The translations under genes were made by a program, and so were the position numbers. A stretch of DNA of 64,000 bases from Cycas panzhihuaensis (taxonomy: Eukaryota > Plantae > Cycadophyta), in contig CM041465.1 in the NCBI GenBank assembly GCA_023213395.1, positions 201,755,741-201,819,740 on the forward strand, read 5' to 3'. The notes under the pieces were generated by a model that was not told the DNA's origin, did no database searches, and was given only the letters and a program-made list of their open reading frames with translations. This document shows, piece by piece, positions 1 to 12,752 of the stretch. Within the stretch, counting starts at the first letter, position 1. Each line of letters begins with the position of its first letter.

Positions 1-960
1 CATAGAATCACACCTAGTGCTGTGACTTATATTACCCTTATAGATGGCTATTGTATAGCATCTAGGGTTGAAGATTCCCAAAACTCTTAGAGCATGTGAA
101 AATAGAGAGCTACAAACTTAATGTTATCATACATAATTCCATTATCGATGCATTTAGGGAAGGTAGAAGGTTTCAAGAAGCCCTTACAGTGATGGATAAA
201 ATGGCTACTAATGGCTACACACCCAATATCTCCACCTACAGCTCATTGGTCAAAGGATTATGTAAGCAAGAAGATCTAGTCAGTGTGAGTAAAATCCTTA
301 AAATAATGATAAAAAGAGGATGTCTTCCCACAGCCATGACGTCTGATTACTTCTTTAGGTTCTTCTTCAAATATGGGAAAATAAAAGAGGGCATGAATAT
401 ATACACTAAGATGATACAATCTGGATATGTTTGGGATTGACTCACTTACCAATTATTGATAAAGATGTGTGAGAAGGGTCAAGTGATGTTGGCATTACAA
501 GTTAAGAAGGATATGGATACCAAAGATTGTGACTGTGATCTAGAAACCTATACCAAGTTGATTAATTAACTTTGCAGATTAAACAAATTAGAGGAAGCCT
601 ATAAACACTTCTAGGTAATGGTCCATAAGGACATTTCACCATAGTATGTTACCTATGAAATGCTCATAGATAGATTGAGGAAATTAGACCACTATGATAA
701 TGTTCGCTTGCTCTCAGACATGAGGGCAGTAAATCTGTATTCAAAGATATTAAAATACATATAAAAGGGGTAATGCCTAAGAACTTTTAGATTTAATACT
801 TGATAAAGCTCAAAAAATTTCTAAAAGACTGAGAAGTAGGGTGAGTTCTAAGAGGCTTACTAAAATAGGCAGCATAAGCCCATAACAAGAGCTCCTATAG
901 AGCATTGTAGAAATTTCTTGGTAGTTCATAGAATAGATCAAAGCTAAAGCAAACTGTGGA
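1..960 (+). pseudogene. P-class pentatricopeptide-repeat (PPR) gene remnant, C-terminal part, resembling the Arabidopsis At5g11310/SOAR1 type; runs off the 5' edge
   Basis: Successive ~35-aa PPR motifs: ITPSAVTYITLIDGYC (frame 1), a frameshift near 80, then ORF 96-440 (HNSIIDAF..., PNISTYSSLVKGLCK..., GMNIYTKMIQSG). It continues past in-frame stops (D*LTYQLLIKMCEKG..., LCRLNKLEEAYKHF*VMVHKDISP*YVTYEML). Most stops fit C>T decay of CGA/CAG. Confidence 0.85.
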
Positions 961-1177
961 TGAGAAAGTTCCATATAATATCCAAAGACAAAAATGGTGG
1001 ACCCATTCATTTGGCATAGAATTATAGTATATTTAGGTAGGCTTAAGAATCTAAATTACTACTTGAGCCAGGTGATCTTCATTTAAATCTCCCCACATGT
1101 AACAAAGTTTTACTTTCTTATGCCTTCTTGAATCAATAATTTTCTTATTGATGATGCTTTTAGAATGGTTTATTCTC

Positions 1178-1621
1178 AATGCAAGGGCCTCTAAAACTTA
1201 CCCTTAATAGGTTAGTACCATCCTTAAGAATGGGTACATCATGATCAAGGATAGAGCCTATAAGGTGATTGAGGTATCCACCTCAAACACTAGAAAACAT
1301 GGCCATGATAAGTGCCATTTTGTTGTTATCAATTCTTTTAATGGTAAACAACTTGAAGATATTGTTACATCCTCTTACAACTATGGTGTTTCCCATGTTA
1401 CTTGCACTAATTATCAGTTGATTGATATTTCTGAGGATGGATTTATGAGTTTGTTGATTGATAGTGGAAATCCCAAGGATGATCTTAAACTCCCCATTGA
1501 TGAACCGCCACTTACCCAAATCAAAGAAGTATTTAGAGAGGGAAAAGACCTGGTTATTACTATGATGTCTATAATAGGTGAGGAGCATATTTGTGCAGTA
1601 AAAGATATTAGTCCAAAGTAA
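1178..1621 (+). pseudogene. eIF5A: Processed (intronless), 5'-truncated eIF5A pseudogene
   Basis: NARASKTYP**VSTILKNGYI + ORF 1241-1621 (VEVSTSNTRKHGHDKCHFV...YQLIDISEDGF...GKDLVITMMSIIGEEHICAVKDISPK*) is collinear with plant eIF5A (ASKTYPQQAGTIRKNGYI...STSKTGKHGHAK). No introns; QQ codons decayed to TAA TAG; about 12 N-terminal codons missing. Confidence 0.93.
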
Positions 1622-1956
1622 CCTTTTGGGTTGTTGAATTGGTTGGACGCAATGCCATTTACTATTTCTTGGTATTGTTTATATCTTAATGTGCTGCTTT
1701 CAATTTAAAATATGTTTATAGGATTTTTTGTGCACATATGCTTTCATGGCTATTGGAGTGATCACTTTTGGATTCCAAGCTATCATACTTGGCTATATGA
1801 AATTACAAGTCAAGTTGCATACTCCATTGTATGTAGTCACAAGTCAAGTTACAAATGTCATGCTTGAAAATAGTGACATGACACCTTTATTCTATTAAGG
1901 TTCTGAGGTACAACTAGCCTCCTATATCTTTTTTATAAGCTTAATGCTTTTTTATG

Positions 1957-2207
1957 ACATGCTCCTATGATATAGGAAAATTTTGCTACTTTGAGGAAGA
2001 TTTACTTATTAACAATATCAAAATTGATTTCGCACCAGGAATGGAAAATCCTTTAAACATGTTATATTTTTTAAGGACTATGAAAGTGTAATAAAATTCT
2101 AAATATACAAAAATTACATCAATCATTTGTTATCAATATTTTATCAAGATAGAATTGTGTAGGTATACTTCAAGAAGCCAAATCTAGTTACAACAGTTTC
2201 TAAAATG
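1957..2207 (+). pseudogene. Fragment of an HD-domain dNTP triphosphohydrolase (SAMHD1 homolog, VENOSA4-like) C-terminus
   Basis: Translation with one frameshift: FEEDLLINNIKIDFAPGMENPL/HVIFFKDYESVIKF*IYKNYINHLLSIFYQDRIV*VYFKKPNLVTTVSK. This matches the remembered plant SAMHD1/VEN4 C-terminal pattern EEDxxVSNVKIDLxRGxxNPL..I.FFKDYES.EKF.I...ISHLLP..YQD.IVRVY.KKPELV.AVS. Not present in the ORF track. Confidence 0.75.
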
Positions 2208-3149
2208 ATTATTTTTTTAGTAGTTGTAAATGAAAGGCATTGAAGACTGTAAAATTCTTAGGAGGTTTCATGGTGATGGAAAATATACATATTAGTTAAG
2301 CTTCGCATCATAACTAGACATTTAAGTTCCTAGAGCCTATGATCCATTTGTCAAATATTGACAATTCACAAAAATATGACCTTATTTATTAGCATTAGAT
2401 AAGACTAATATATGAGTTTGAGCATATATCATAAAGACTAAAGACAAGCATGTGAAGATAATCTATAAAATTTGAAATTATTACAGTAAAATAGCCAATG
2501 ATAAAGCTTTAGTTCCCCATGTTTTATAAGAGTTTTGTATTTGATCATGGCAATTATATTGCTACTTGAATGTATACCTCTATAGTAAACACATGAAAAA
2601 GGTAGTTGTTGATTATTATAGTATGTGTGCTTTGTAAGAACTAATAATGATGGTTGTTATGGCTAAAGAGGCAGTGAGGGTGATGATGATGATAATGTTT
2701 GTGACCAATTTTCTTCTTTTTTTTTTGGTCAATATTAGTGTTGAGAATCTTGTATGATAAAAAGGCGAGATTGATATAGGTTGCTAGACATTATTAGCCA
2801 AGTAGTAAAACTTATTCTCAAATGTTTAGGTTTATAGTATATATCTGGCTAGGTAGTTTGACTTGCTCCTGAGATACACATTAGTGAATTAAATTATTGA
2901 AGGTGTTGGAATATAACCTAGACAAAGATTTATTCAGTGTTGATGAATCATATATACAAAGATATTACCTAGATAACTGGCGGACATAGGGACTAGTTAC
3001 CCATATGATCAGGTGGATGGTGATGTCTTTATATGGGCATCAATAACATTTGAAGCATACGTATAAGCACAGTAAGTGATGTAATTAATGGTGAAGCATC
3101 AGGAGAACAGAGGTTGTGTTTGATATAATTTTTTTATTATAAGAAATTA

Positions 3150-3428
3150 AACATATAAAGAGGTGTTAAAATATATTATTTAATGTAAGGGTCCTTTATT
3201 TGATGTGAGAGTCATTATGAATTGTAATTAAAGAGTATTTAGTGGGTAGTTAGGTGGTTAGGTTATTAGGTGGTTATATAACAACCATTAAGAACCTTAA
3301 ACCGTGAATTATATATGTACACATTTAATTATTCAAAAAATATATTGTTTATTTATTTTTATATTGAGTGTGTGGATTTTTCTTATAATATAACTACTTA
3401 TTATTAGTAGAACTTTATTGTTATCACA
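3150..3428 (+). mobile_element. Degenerate polypurine tract + copia-type 3' LTR remnant
   Basis: AAACATATAAAGAGG|TGTTAAAA at ~3164 mirrors the PPT/LTR junctions of other copia elements in the window (AAACATTAAGAGAAAG|TGTTAA at 13077 minus; CACATTAAAGGGAGA|TGTTAA at 40746 minus). Contains a TATA-like stretch and a GTGGATTTTT motif. Cut at ~3429 by another LTR. Confidence 0.5.
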
Positions 3429-4671
3429 TGTGACCAAGGAACCTGGTGGTTAGTATTATCCATTAACTTTTGTAAGCTGATCACTTAGGTATATTAATAG
3501 AATTGGAGGTTGTTTATCCTGCCAATTGTATTATATATAAGAGGCCATTCTTATTTATTTAAGGTCTAGTAATTATAGAGGGATGGTTATTATATATTAT
3601 TATTTCTTATAAGATTGGGATGGTTATTATATATTGTTACTTCTTATAAGATTATACTTTAGTATATCTTTGGTTCCTTTTTGGTGTCCTTGTAAGTATC
3701 CATCATTTGCAATTATATTCTAATTAATAATAAAGAGAGTCCATTACTGCCCATCTTGGCCCTTTGATCTATTTGAACTTCTTAGTTTATAGAGAATATC
3801 AAGGTGGTAACATCCCAAGTGGTGTTAGAGCTTGGCTCTCTAATCCATCTAAAGCAACAAGGCGTGATCATAAATGCATGAAATAGTAGAAGGAGAGAAA
3901 TTTTGGGGATTTTCTTTTTTTCCCATGGTGAAAAATCGAAAACCCTCTTTTTATCATTTTGCTTATTTACTATTATTTTCTACTTGAGTACTTTCTCTGT
4001 ATCATTCTCTCATTAATCATAAAAACTAAGGAAAGACAACAAGCCTTCTTGTAGCCTTTTGTTTTTCCATGGAATCTAAGTAGAGACCATATTTCAAGGG
4101 TCTTTGACATCCATAGGAAGTTAACATTCTTAAGCAAGTATACTTGGATATGCCCTAATACATAAAGTAAAGTAGGTTACCTTACATAAGCCTTATGCAA
4201 TACCTATATACAGATGTAAGCCTCCATGTATCTTTAGGTATATAGAATCCTTTTAGGCTCTCATCTCTATATTAGAATAGGAAACTTATCGACTACCTAT
4301 AAATCTATAATGAATGGGTTAGTAGTCAGTGTTATGAAGGTACCCTTCCTAAATACATCAGCATAACTATCATAGTTGTGGCTATAATAATCCTCTATAG
4401 ATAGTGCCCTAAGATATTGGGTCAAGTATTAGTAATTATCGAGAAGTTTATTGAAGGGCCTATAGACAAGGCTTGCCCTATGTTAGAAGTCTTGTTACTA
4501 TTCAGCATTAACATAAACTATTGAAAGGAAATAATAATACACATCTATAAAAATAGAGTTATTTATAGTTAAATATCACATAATATAGTATCAACAATAA
4601 CTATGATGAACTTATTCAAACCCTATATCCCTATCTAAAACTTTAGCTATAACGTTTAAAAGTTTCATCAT

Positions 4672-4674
<3 letters not shown>

Positions 4675-4717
<43 letters not shown>

Positions 4718-4740
4718 AAAAAAAAAAAAAAAAGAAGAAA
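4675..4740. repeat. (TA)n microsatellite followed by an A-run
   Basis: About 20 TA units, then AAAGAAAAAAAAAAAAAAAAGAAGAAA. Confidence 0.95.
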
Positions 4741-6400
4741 TTGCCCATAGGTTTATACTTCTACAAGGTCATTTTCACACTTTGCATGGTCACTTGTATA
4801 TATATATATTTTTTTTGGCTTAAAACCTATACTAATTTTTACACTTAAAATCAAAATTTAGCCCTTCAAATGATGAGAAAAGGTTCAAGAATGCTTAATC
4901 AACTAGCCCAACTTTAGTAGCCTATAACTCCTATAAAACAAACTCAAATCAAGCTAAAATTGGCATTAAACTATATCCCTATAAATTATCTTTCCAACGG
5001 TTCAAACGGTGCTTGATTTTGACTCAGTTAAAAATTTATAAAAGAAATTGTAATAGGTACCCTTATGAGCTAAAAAATAGTAAGGATTGGGATTAAGCCC
5101 CCTTGAAGCTTGGCCCTCAGTTACCAAACTAGAGCACATGACCACTCATTAAGATGCTAGGGGGATGTGGACTTCAAAATACTATGAAATATAGCCTAAG
5201 TTTTTTTACAAAGTCAAAAAATATAAAAGATAATTAAACATTTTTTAGATTTCCCCATTTTAGGCTAAAAGAATGGTCATATGGATGCTCAATATGATTA
5301 GATTGAAGGGCTAAAAGGTGAATTTAAGTCATAAACTTAAATCAAACTTAATGTAATATGAACATTATGATTTATAATGTTAAAAAATTAACATTTTCAA
5401 AGATAAATCAGTTGTGAGACTTTCCACGGTGTGTGTATAAGTATACACAAAGATTGGACATGATTCTTTAATGAATCTAACTTTAAATCACTCTAAATCA
5501 CTCCAAGATCAATTACAGATAGTGTGGCATCCTTTCTCAAATGCAAACAGAGCTACAATAGAGAGAGATGAACTCAAATAGGGTTACACAAGCTCATAGA
5601 GGTTATACAGGTGCTTAGGGATGTAAATGGCTAAAAAAACTTAGAAATCTCCATGTAACTACCTATAATAGGGTCTGAGAAGCCTTAGAGGACTATTAAA
5701 ATTAACATATCTCCATTTAGAAGCAAGATGTGTCTAGCACAAATGAGTTAGGGATGAAATAGAGGCCAAAATAGAGTCATTTTAACCAAAGCTAGAGCTA
5801 TAAGCTTCATGGTCTGCAACAAGCCTGAAACACTACAAATGTACATTAATACTAACTAAAAATCACTAGTAAGGGCTTTAGATTGACTGATGGGCACCCA
5901 ATATTATGAGAAAACTTGGAAAAACATGGGAACAAGGTGTCATTATAAGCAAATAGAACTCTATTGCTCATATGTACCTTAAGAAAACACTAAATAGAGC
6001 ATGTCATTGCTCTAATACCATGTAAAAATTGCTTTAGGATCTAAATACTACATACATCCATCAAAAATACATTGTAAACTATTGAAATAATGAAATAATC
6101 AATCATAAAAGAGTATAAGTAAGATAGGTAAATATTCATGGGTGTATTTATCACACTGTGAGGCTCCAATCTGGCAAATCTTTCGTATTACAAATGATCT
6201 AATATACAAACTATAGGGAAAATGCTTAATATATAGGCAATCTACCCATATTTATAAAGATTTAATTGGTTGACATGTCAACACAAGCAACAGACCTAAT
6301 CACCCTTTACAATATGATTAAATTACAAAGGGGTCATACCTAATATACATATATACATGAATATTGCATGGTAATGAAGGTGACATTATAAGTTTTAATA
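4740..6400 (-). mobile_element. Truncated copia-like element: 5' LTR (~6021-6400), PBS and non-coding 5' leader only
   Basis: GCTCTAATACCA|TGTAAAAA at 6009-6028 is a minus-strand PBS (TGGTATTAGAGC) abutting an LTR end (...TTTTACA). The leader resembles the long AT-rich leaders of the other copia elements here. Confidence 0.5.
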
Positions 6401-9400
6401 AGATTATGATCCCCTCTCAAGTTTATCGCTTGAGGGCATTACGCTCTATAATGCGTTTAAACTATGATATACTCTATAGCAAGCCTAAACTATAGCCTCC
6501 CTCTTAAGTCCATCACTTAGGGGTTACTAAACTCTTCCACGAGATTAACCTAGAAGTGTCATGTGAACATTAGCTAAATGGATGTGCCTAGTATTAATAC
6601 ATACTCATAATACTTCTTGGGTATGTATATTAATTCCATTTGACTTCTTATAATGGTGGCTAGTAGGATTTAACTACTATTTATACAAATCTAACATTAT
6701 TTGTTTTGTTTAGTGATCTTAATTACTAAGTAAATTAGGTAATCCCATACTTACCAGGATGGTCTTTATAGTCTTTCTTGATAATTTTCTTTAGATTTAA
6801 GAGAGTCACCTTTATCATTTATTACTCTTTGCTTCATATTAAAGATACCCTCCCCACTAAGTGTATTTAAGCTAAATTCGAGTATAAGTATCAATTGTCA
6901 CATGCATACTCTGCAATAAGTATAAACTATAACCCTCCTTAAGTGCTCTTAGAGGAGCTTAAGAGAGAATGTTACCAAGACTATTAGTATTCATAATCAT
7001 AGTATCCATTCTAAGTTAAGATTATAATATTACTAGTTGTTTTAGCCATTAAACCCTAACATAAAAGCTAGCTCCATGAACCTATAGTTTGAGTGACCTT
7101 AACTTCTTACACATATCCCTACAATCAAATGACCTTGCACTTGCTCCTAAATAGATCTATGGTTTCCTCACTACTCTAAACCTCATATGAATAGACCTCC
7201 AATTTACTCAACATTTACCCATTTCCCCTTCCCTTATGTATCATGACATTTTTACACTCATAGGATAGTGATCACGATATTGTTAGTTATAAATTTCCTT
7301 ATATCCTTAAGTTAGTTAGAGAAAGGACACTTTATTCATCCTAGTAAATAGTAAAATCTACTAAAAATATATATTCACAAAGTAGCATCCATTTGAGTCC
7401 TACCCTCATCACCATTACCTAACATTTTGGCATCTTAATTAGGTTGCATGATGATCTCATCCCTACCTATTGTTTCAATAGTTCATATAGAGGTTGCATG
7501 TATTATTTAGTGACTTTAGATCCTACCTATGGCCCACAAGACACCTATGTTGATTGACTCATACTTGACAAAAAGGTATAAGGAGTTTGTAAGAAATTTA
7601 ATCACCAAGCACCTACGTCATTATAATGCCATAGGTAGGCCACGTAATTGCCTCATTCCAACCTACTACTCATTAGTTTGTATCCAAATAAAATATGCCT
7701 ACTAGGAATCTTGGGTTTAAGGTTGATCCAGTCTGTTGTGACCCTTATTTGAACCAAATCCTACTTAGGCTTATATTTATTGTGACCTATAACTACTTGT
7801 GAATGTACTTCTCTAGTATAAGACTCTCTTATATATTTTGATGAGGTGTGTTGTATTCTTTTATGGTATTTGTTATTCATATTGATGGAGGAAACTAAGG
7901 AAAACCTAGGCCCTTTATAATGGCTTGGATCATATGAAATCCCATGTGTTATGTTATTATAAGTGAACGATTATTTTTCCCTATCATCATAAATAATTTA
8001 GCTAAGTACACCACCATCATAAGGGCCCTTCAAGATGTAATCCATGCCTAAATATTAGATATTATCCTCTATACTAATTCTATTTGTGTGACCCAATAAT
8101 TGACCAACACCTATTTAACCCTCAATCTTAGCCTTAAAGTATTTGCTAACTCAACTAGATCCCTTTTTAATGTCCAAACATTTGACCAACACTTATTTAA
8201 CCTTCAACCTCCACCTTAGAGTGGTTGGTAATACCACTTTCTCATGTCTAACTATGCCATGTTCTCAGAGCTCAAAACATAGAGGTAAATAACTTGGTCC
8301 ATTAGATTTTTGAATAGTATTTGTAATTAAGATATGTTAATGACTATCAACATCCCATGCTAATTATTTATAAATCTTCCATTATTAAGGCAGCAAATGT
8401 TTCCTAGCTTTTGGGCCCTCCCCTGAGGCGACCAAATACCATTTCTTAAGCATTGCTTTGCATGAATGGTATATATGCATTTATGATTATTTTATTTTGG
8501 ATCATTTTTGAAATCCCTATGATGTGAGTGACTACACAATGATTGAGGAATACCACTTCTAGTTGATGTATTACTCATTTTATCTTTTTTCTATTTTTTC
8601 TAACTCAATTTGCATTGTTTTCTATCCTTTTTTATTCATCATAGTTTTACACCATGAAGAATGGTTAGGTAAAATAGTTAATTATAATATTAACCATAAT
8701 GTTAAATGCTTCCTTCATAAATTCATCACAAGGTCCATTGTGGTAAATGTTGCTCAGTTATAGTGCCACTTCAATTAGGTGGGGTACCCATACTTACTCA
8801 TCATATTTTCGATCCCATTCATCATGGTGTTGGTTGTGTGTTACAAAAAAAATGCCTTTTTACCAAATTTAGAGCTATCTTTTTTAGTTGGAGTATTATA
8901 TATATTTCTCCTATACACCTTGATTGTGTGCATGCAATCTAGTAGTGGTTTTATGATTCTATTAGTGAACATTTGCTTATTTAATCATATACTTCCTAGC
9001 TACATAGGTTTGTCTCTTTTGGCATTGGTGGGATTTTAAAGAATTAAGCTTATGGCTAATTATTTTTATGATTTTATTGCTTGGAGAGTGACCCTCTTAT
9101 GTTAAACTTAACAAAGCTTTCCTTAGTAGATGACTACAAGAGTTATTAAAGTGTTTATTGCTTGGTAAGTTATATTTTTTATTAGATTATCTTTAATTGC
9201 CTTCCTATTCCTCTATTGATTACCTTTACTATGTAAATTAGTCTTCGTTTTCTACTATTTAGCTGTAAATTATTGGTTATTTTAGTCTTTTAATAATTTT
9301 CTTCAATTATTGTGGTTCTTATTTGGTGGATTTTGAGTGAGTTTTGAGGTTGGCATGCTTATTTCATGCTTGGTCTTTAGTACTTTTAAATCCTTTAAAG

Positions 9401-11039
9401 TCTTATGTTATCTATTTTTTTAGAGTTTAAGGCTCTCATCTACTTTAACACTTACTTGCTTGGGCTTATGTATTAGAAGTATCTCTTTCACACTCTCTTA
9501 AGATGTTTTGGGAGCATTACTCTCCTCTCTTCCCCATTGGGTGATAGTATAGTGGATTCTTGGTTTCCTTTTGATTTAACTCAAGCATGTATCTCAAAAG
9601 AAGTCATATAACACTCATATCATGAATCTAAGACATCCTTCACACCTATAAGTTAGATTTAGGTTTCTTATTATTTGAGCTAATTTGTTGGCTTTTAAAT
9701 GCATTCTTATCTTGCATCAATGTTAGTTAATTTACTCATATTCATGATAGTTATCTTTTCACTTTTTATGTATGAGAACTTTCTAGTTAAATCTCTTTCC
9801 TCACTCTCATTTGACTTGGTTTTATTTCTTTAATGGTTTGCAATGGAAACTCTCTAATCCTCCCTTACTTAATAGGTTCTTAGAGAGTTGTTGTCTCTTG
9901 TTAACAAAGAACAAAAACGATGTACTACGCTTAAAGGAGAAATAAACCAAATCAACTACCTTTCTTTCTCTATTCTCAACTTGAAAGATAGTTTCTTTTA
10001 TTTCTTATTAAATCAAAAGAATAAAAGACCCACGATAAGATCATTTAGGAGCTAAGTAATCTTATGGTTAAAAGGAACCATTTTACTTTTTCCATTTGCT
10101 TAATTGTTTGTGCTTCACATGACTTGGTTGCTTCCTTTTCTTTTACATGCATTACTTGGCTTATTTGCTTCTAATGTAGGATCTTCACTATTCACATATA
10201 ATTAAGAGTGTATAGAGTTATATGTGAGGTTTTTTGTATATTTCTTTAGTTTCTACTTAAGGGAATGCCTAGCTAGAGAAGGGGCTTGCACATTGGGCTT
10301 CATCAACTAGTCAAAGTTAGTCTTCCACCTGAGGTGATGGCATCTTCACCATTTCTAAGTAGGTGATAGGAAAAATGACTATCCCTTGATTGTATGTAAT
10401 TGAGATAGCTAAGGGGCTACCTTTGATCCCCTATTGAGATCGAGTTTCTTATCTCTCTCATTCTTTCTTAGAGTCAAGATATTCATAGCTAGGTCTAAGA
10501 AGCACTAAACTTTCCATACTTATAAGTGGGTTGTTTAGTTACATAAGTCCCAAAGTTGGCCACTAGATAGGTTATTAATCTAAGGTCTAATTCCTAATAG
10601 CCCTTCTCCCCATCAATCCCCCTCTTTCTATAACTATCCTCGAGGAGGGCAACCCCTAACTAATTTTAAGGACCTTTACTTATATGTTGCTTATCTCTTC
10701 TCAGAGTATTAGTTATCTACATTACTTGATTGATTATTTCTTTAATCACATTACATTGTTTGTTTGTTTTAGAGTGGTAGGGTGTCTATTCCTATATCCT
10801 CTCCTGATTCCCATAGATTATTGCCATATTTATCTAGCCTGTGAGCCCAATTCAATAATGAGAATAAGACTATTATCCATAGAGATATATGGCAACATAA
10901 TCACTTTAGGCACTTGCATACATGGTCCATTTGTGTGTCCAATTGGTTCTGATTTTACTTTATAACCTACACCCTTCCTTTTTCACCCATTATGCTTCAA
11001 GAGGGCTCATGATTATAATTTTTAGATCCCATAATTATA

Positions 11040-12752
11040 GGCCTAAATACTCAATTTTAGTTTTTTTAAAGTAATAGTTAGTTTCCTTTATAATGAAATA
11101 ACTATCTTCTAAGTTGTTCAAGATTAGGTCTACATATACTAGATGTTCTTTCTAATCTTTATTATAGATTAAGATGTTGTCAAAAAGGACCATATAAACT
11201 TCCTTTAATATAGAGATAATAATCTATTCAATATGGCCAAGAATATAGTTGGGCTATTAATAAGGCTAAAAGGCATTACTCTAAATTCATAATACCCTTC
11301 ATAAGCTTCGAAGGCCATCTTTACCACATCTTCATTTCTAATCATGATCTAATAGTGCCCAAATCATAAATCTAATTTGAAAGAACATTTTACCTCTACT
11401 AGTACATTTAATAGATCATCAATTATGGTCATTGGGAATAAATTATTAATGATGTCTTTGTTTAATATTTAATAGCCTATATAAAGTCTAAAATATCTAT
11501 TATTTTTATTTACTAGAATTACCAACACTTCAAATAGACTCATACTTGTTTTAAAGGCCTTATATTCCATAAGTTTGTTAACCAATTACTTGATCATAAT
11601 TTTTTACTAAAAAGAATAATGACAGGGCCTAATATTAATGGATCTTATACTAGGCTATAGCCCAATAGCATGCTCCATTCCCTTATATACACAAAGTTCC
11701 ATTAGGTAACTTTTGAAACACCTTTTACCTCTTTAAATACCTTGATAACCTTAGAGTTTAAGGTTGTTTAATACCTATTAGAGTTGATAAAGATATCATT
11801 AGGCTCTTTACTTCCTTCTTGCCTAAATAATTTACTTTAATCACTTCTATCTCTTCTTCCTCCTCTTCAAGATGAATAGAAAATATACACTTTCTAAGGC
11901 ACCTATAGCTCCTTTGATACTTGTACTAAAAACAAACTCTCCTTTCCCAGTACTCCTTTATTTCCTTCTTTAACAATTTATGGAATTTCTTAAACTATTT
12001 TTAAGCTAAGATTTCTACTTGGTATTCTAGAAACCCTTCTTAATTAAGGGGAACATACCTAAAAGATTGCACTAATGCAGTTTTTCATGCTCTTGTAAAA
12101 TTATCCATCTTTATAGCCTTATCTAGTTTGGAGGTCTTCTTCATCTTAATCTCAATTTAAATGGTACACTCTAGCTACCCTATTTATATTTCTATCTTTT
12201 AGGCTTCTAGCATATTTTTCATAAAGGGAGCTAATTCTTAAAAGTTAACACTATACTCCATTATAGTCCCATCTTATTACAAGTTGGTAAATTAGGTGAA
12301 CTAATCATAGTTTTAAGTCTCATTAAATTTTCTAAAAACATCTTCATAAAACTCATTTAATATAAGGGAATTACCCACTTTTTCCTTTGATTAGACCCAA
12401 TAATATTACTAATCATAGTTTAATGATTTTAAGTGCATACCAATGAAATATACCTTTTACATTCGGCTCCTTCTAGGTTATAGTTTGAAAAGATCATCTA
12501 ACTTCTGGATCTATGTGTAAATCTTAACTCTTCCTCCTCTAATGAACTTGGGAACCTATGTTTATTATGTACTCTTTTAATAAATAGCCCATTTAACATT
12601 TCCCTAACTAATATCTCTCTTGATGATGACCCCTCACTATCACCATTTGACTCATTGCTTCTATTTTAATGCCTTATTATTTATTTAACTAGTGATTCTA
12701 TTGTTAACTTTATTTCTATAAAATCATTAATTAGCTTAATGGCTTTATCATT
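11040..12752 (-). mobile_element. Decayed Ty3/gypsy gag-RT fragment
   Basis: Minus-strand RT motifs (EGYYEFRVMPFSLINSPTIF at ~11240-11305; DL..GHY.I at ~11345-11375) and gag remnants at ~12100-12600. Confidence 0.7.

Larger units (their letters stand above)
3429..11000 (+). mobile_element. Very old, internally deleted Ty3/gypsy element (5' LTR ~3429-3812, PBS, gag remnants, integrase GPY/F remnant, long 3' region)
   Basis: TGTGACC...GGTAACA followed by TGGTGTTAGAGC (decayed tRNA-iMet PBS, 3820-3831). Gag-like remnants at ~4100-4600 and ~6700-7350. ETKENLGPL*WLGSYEI (GPY/F-like) at ~7890-7945. No RT seen. Right boundary approximate. Confidence 0.45.

Noticed and set aside
2100-2300. Minus-strand ETVVTRFG suggesting a hAT transposase
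   Set aside because: The plus-strand reading gives a much longer coherent match to a SAMHD1/VEN4-like protein
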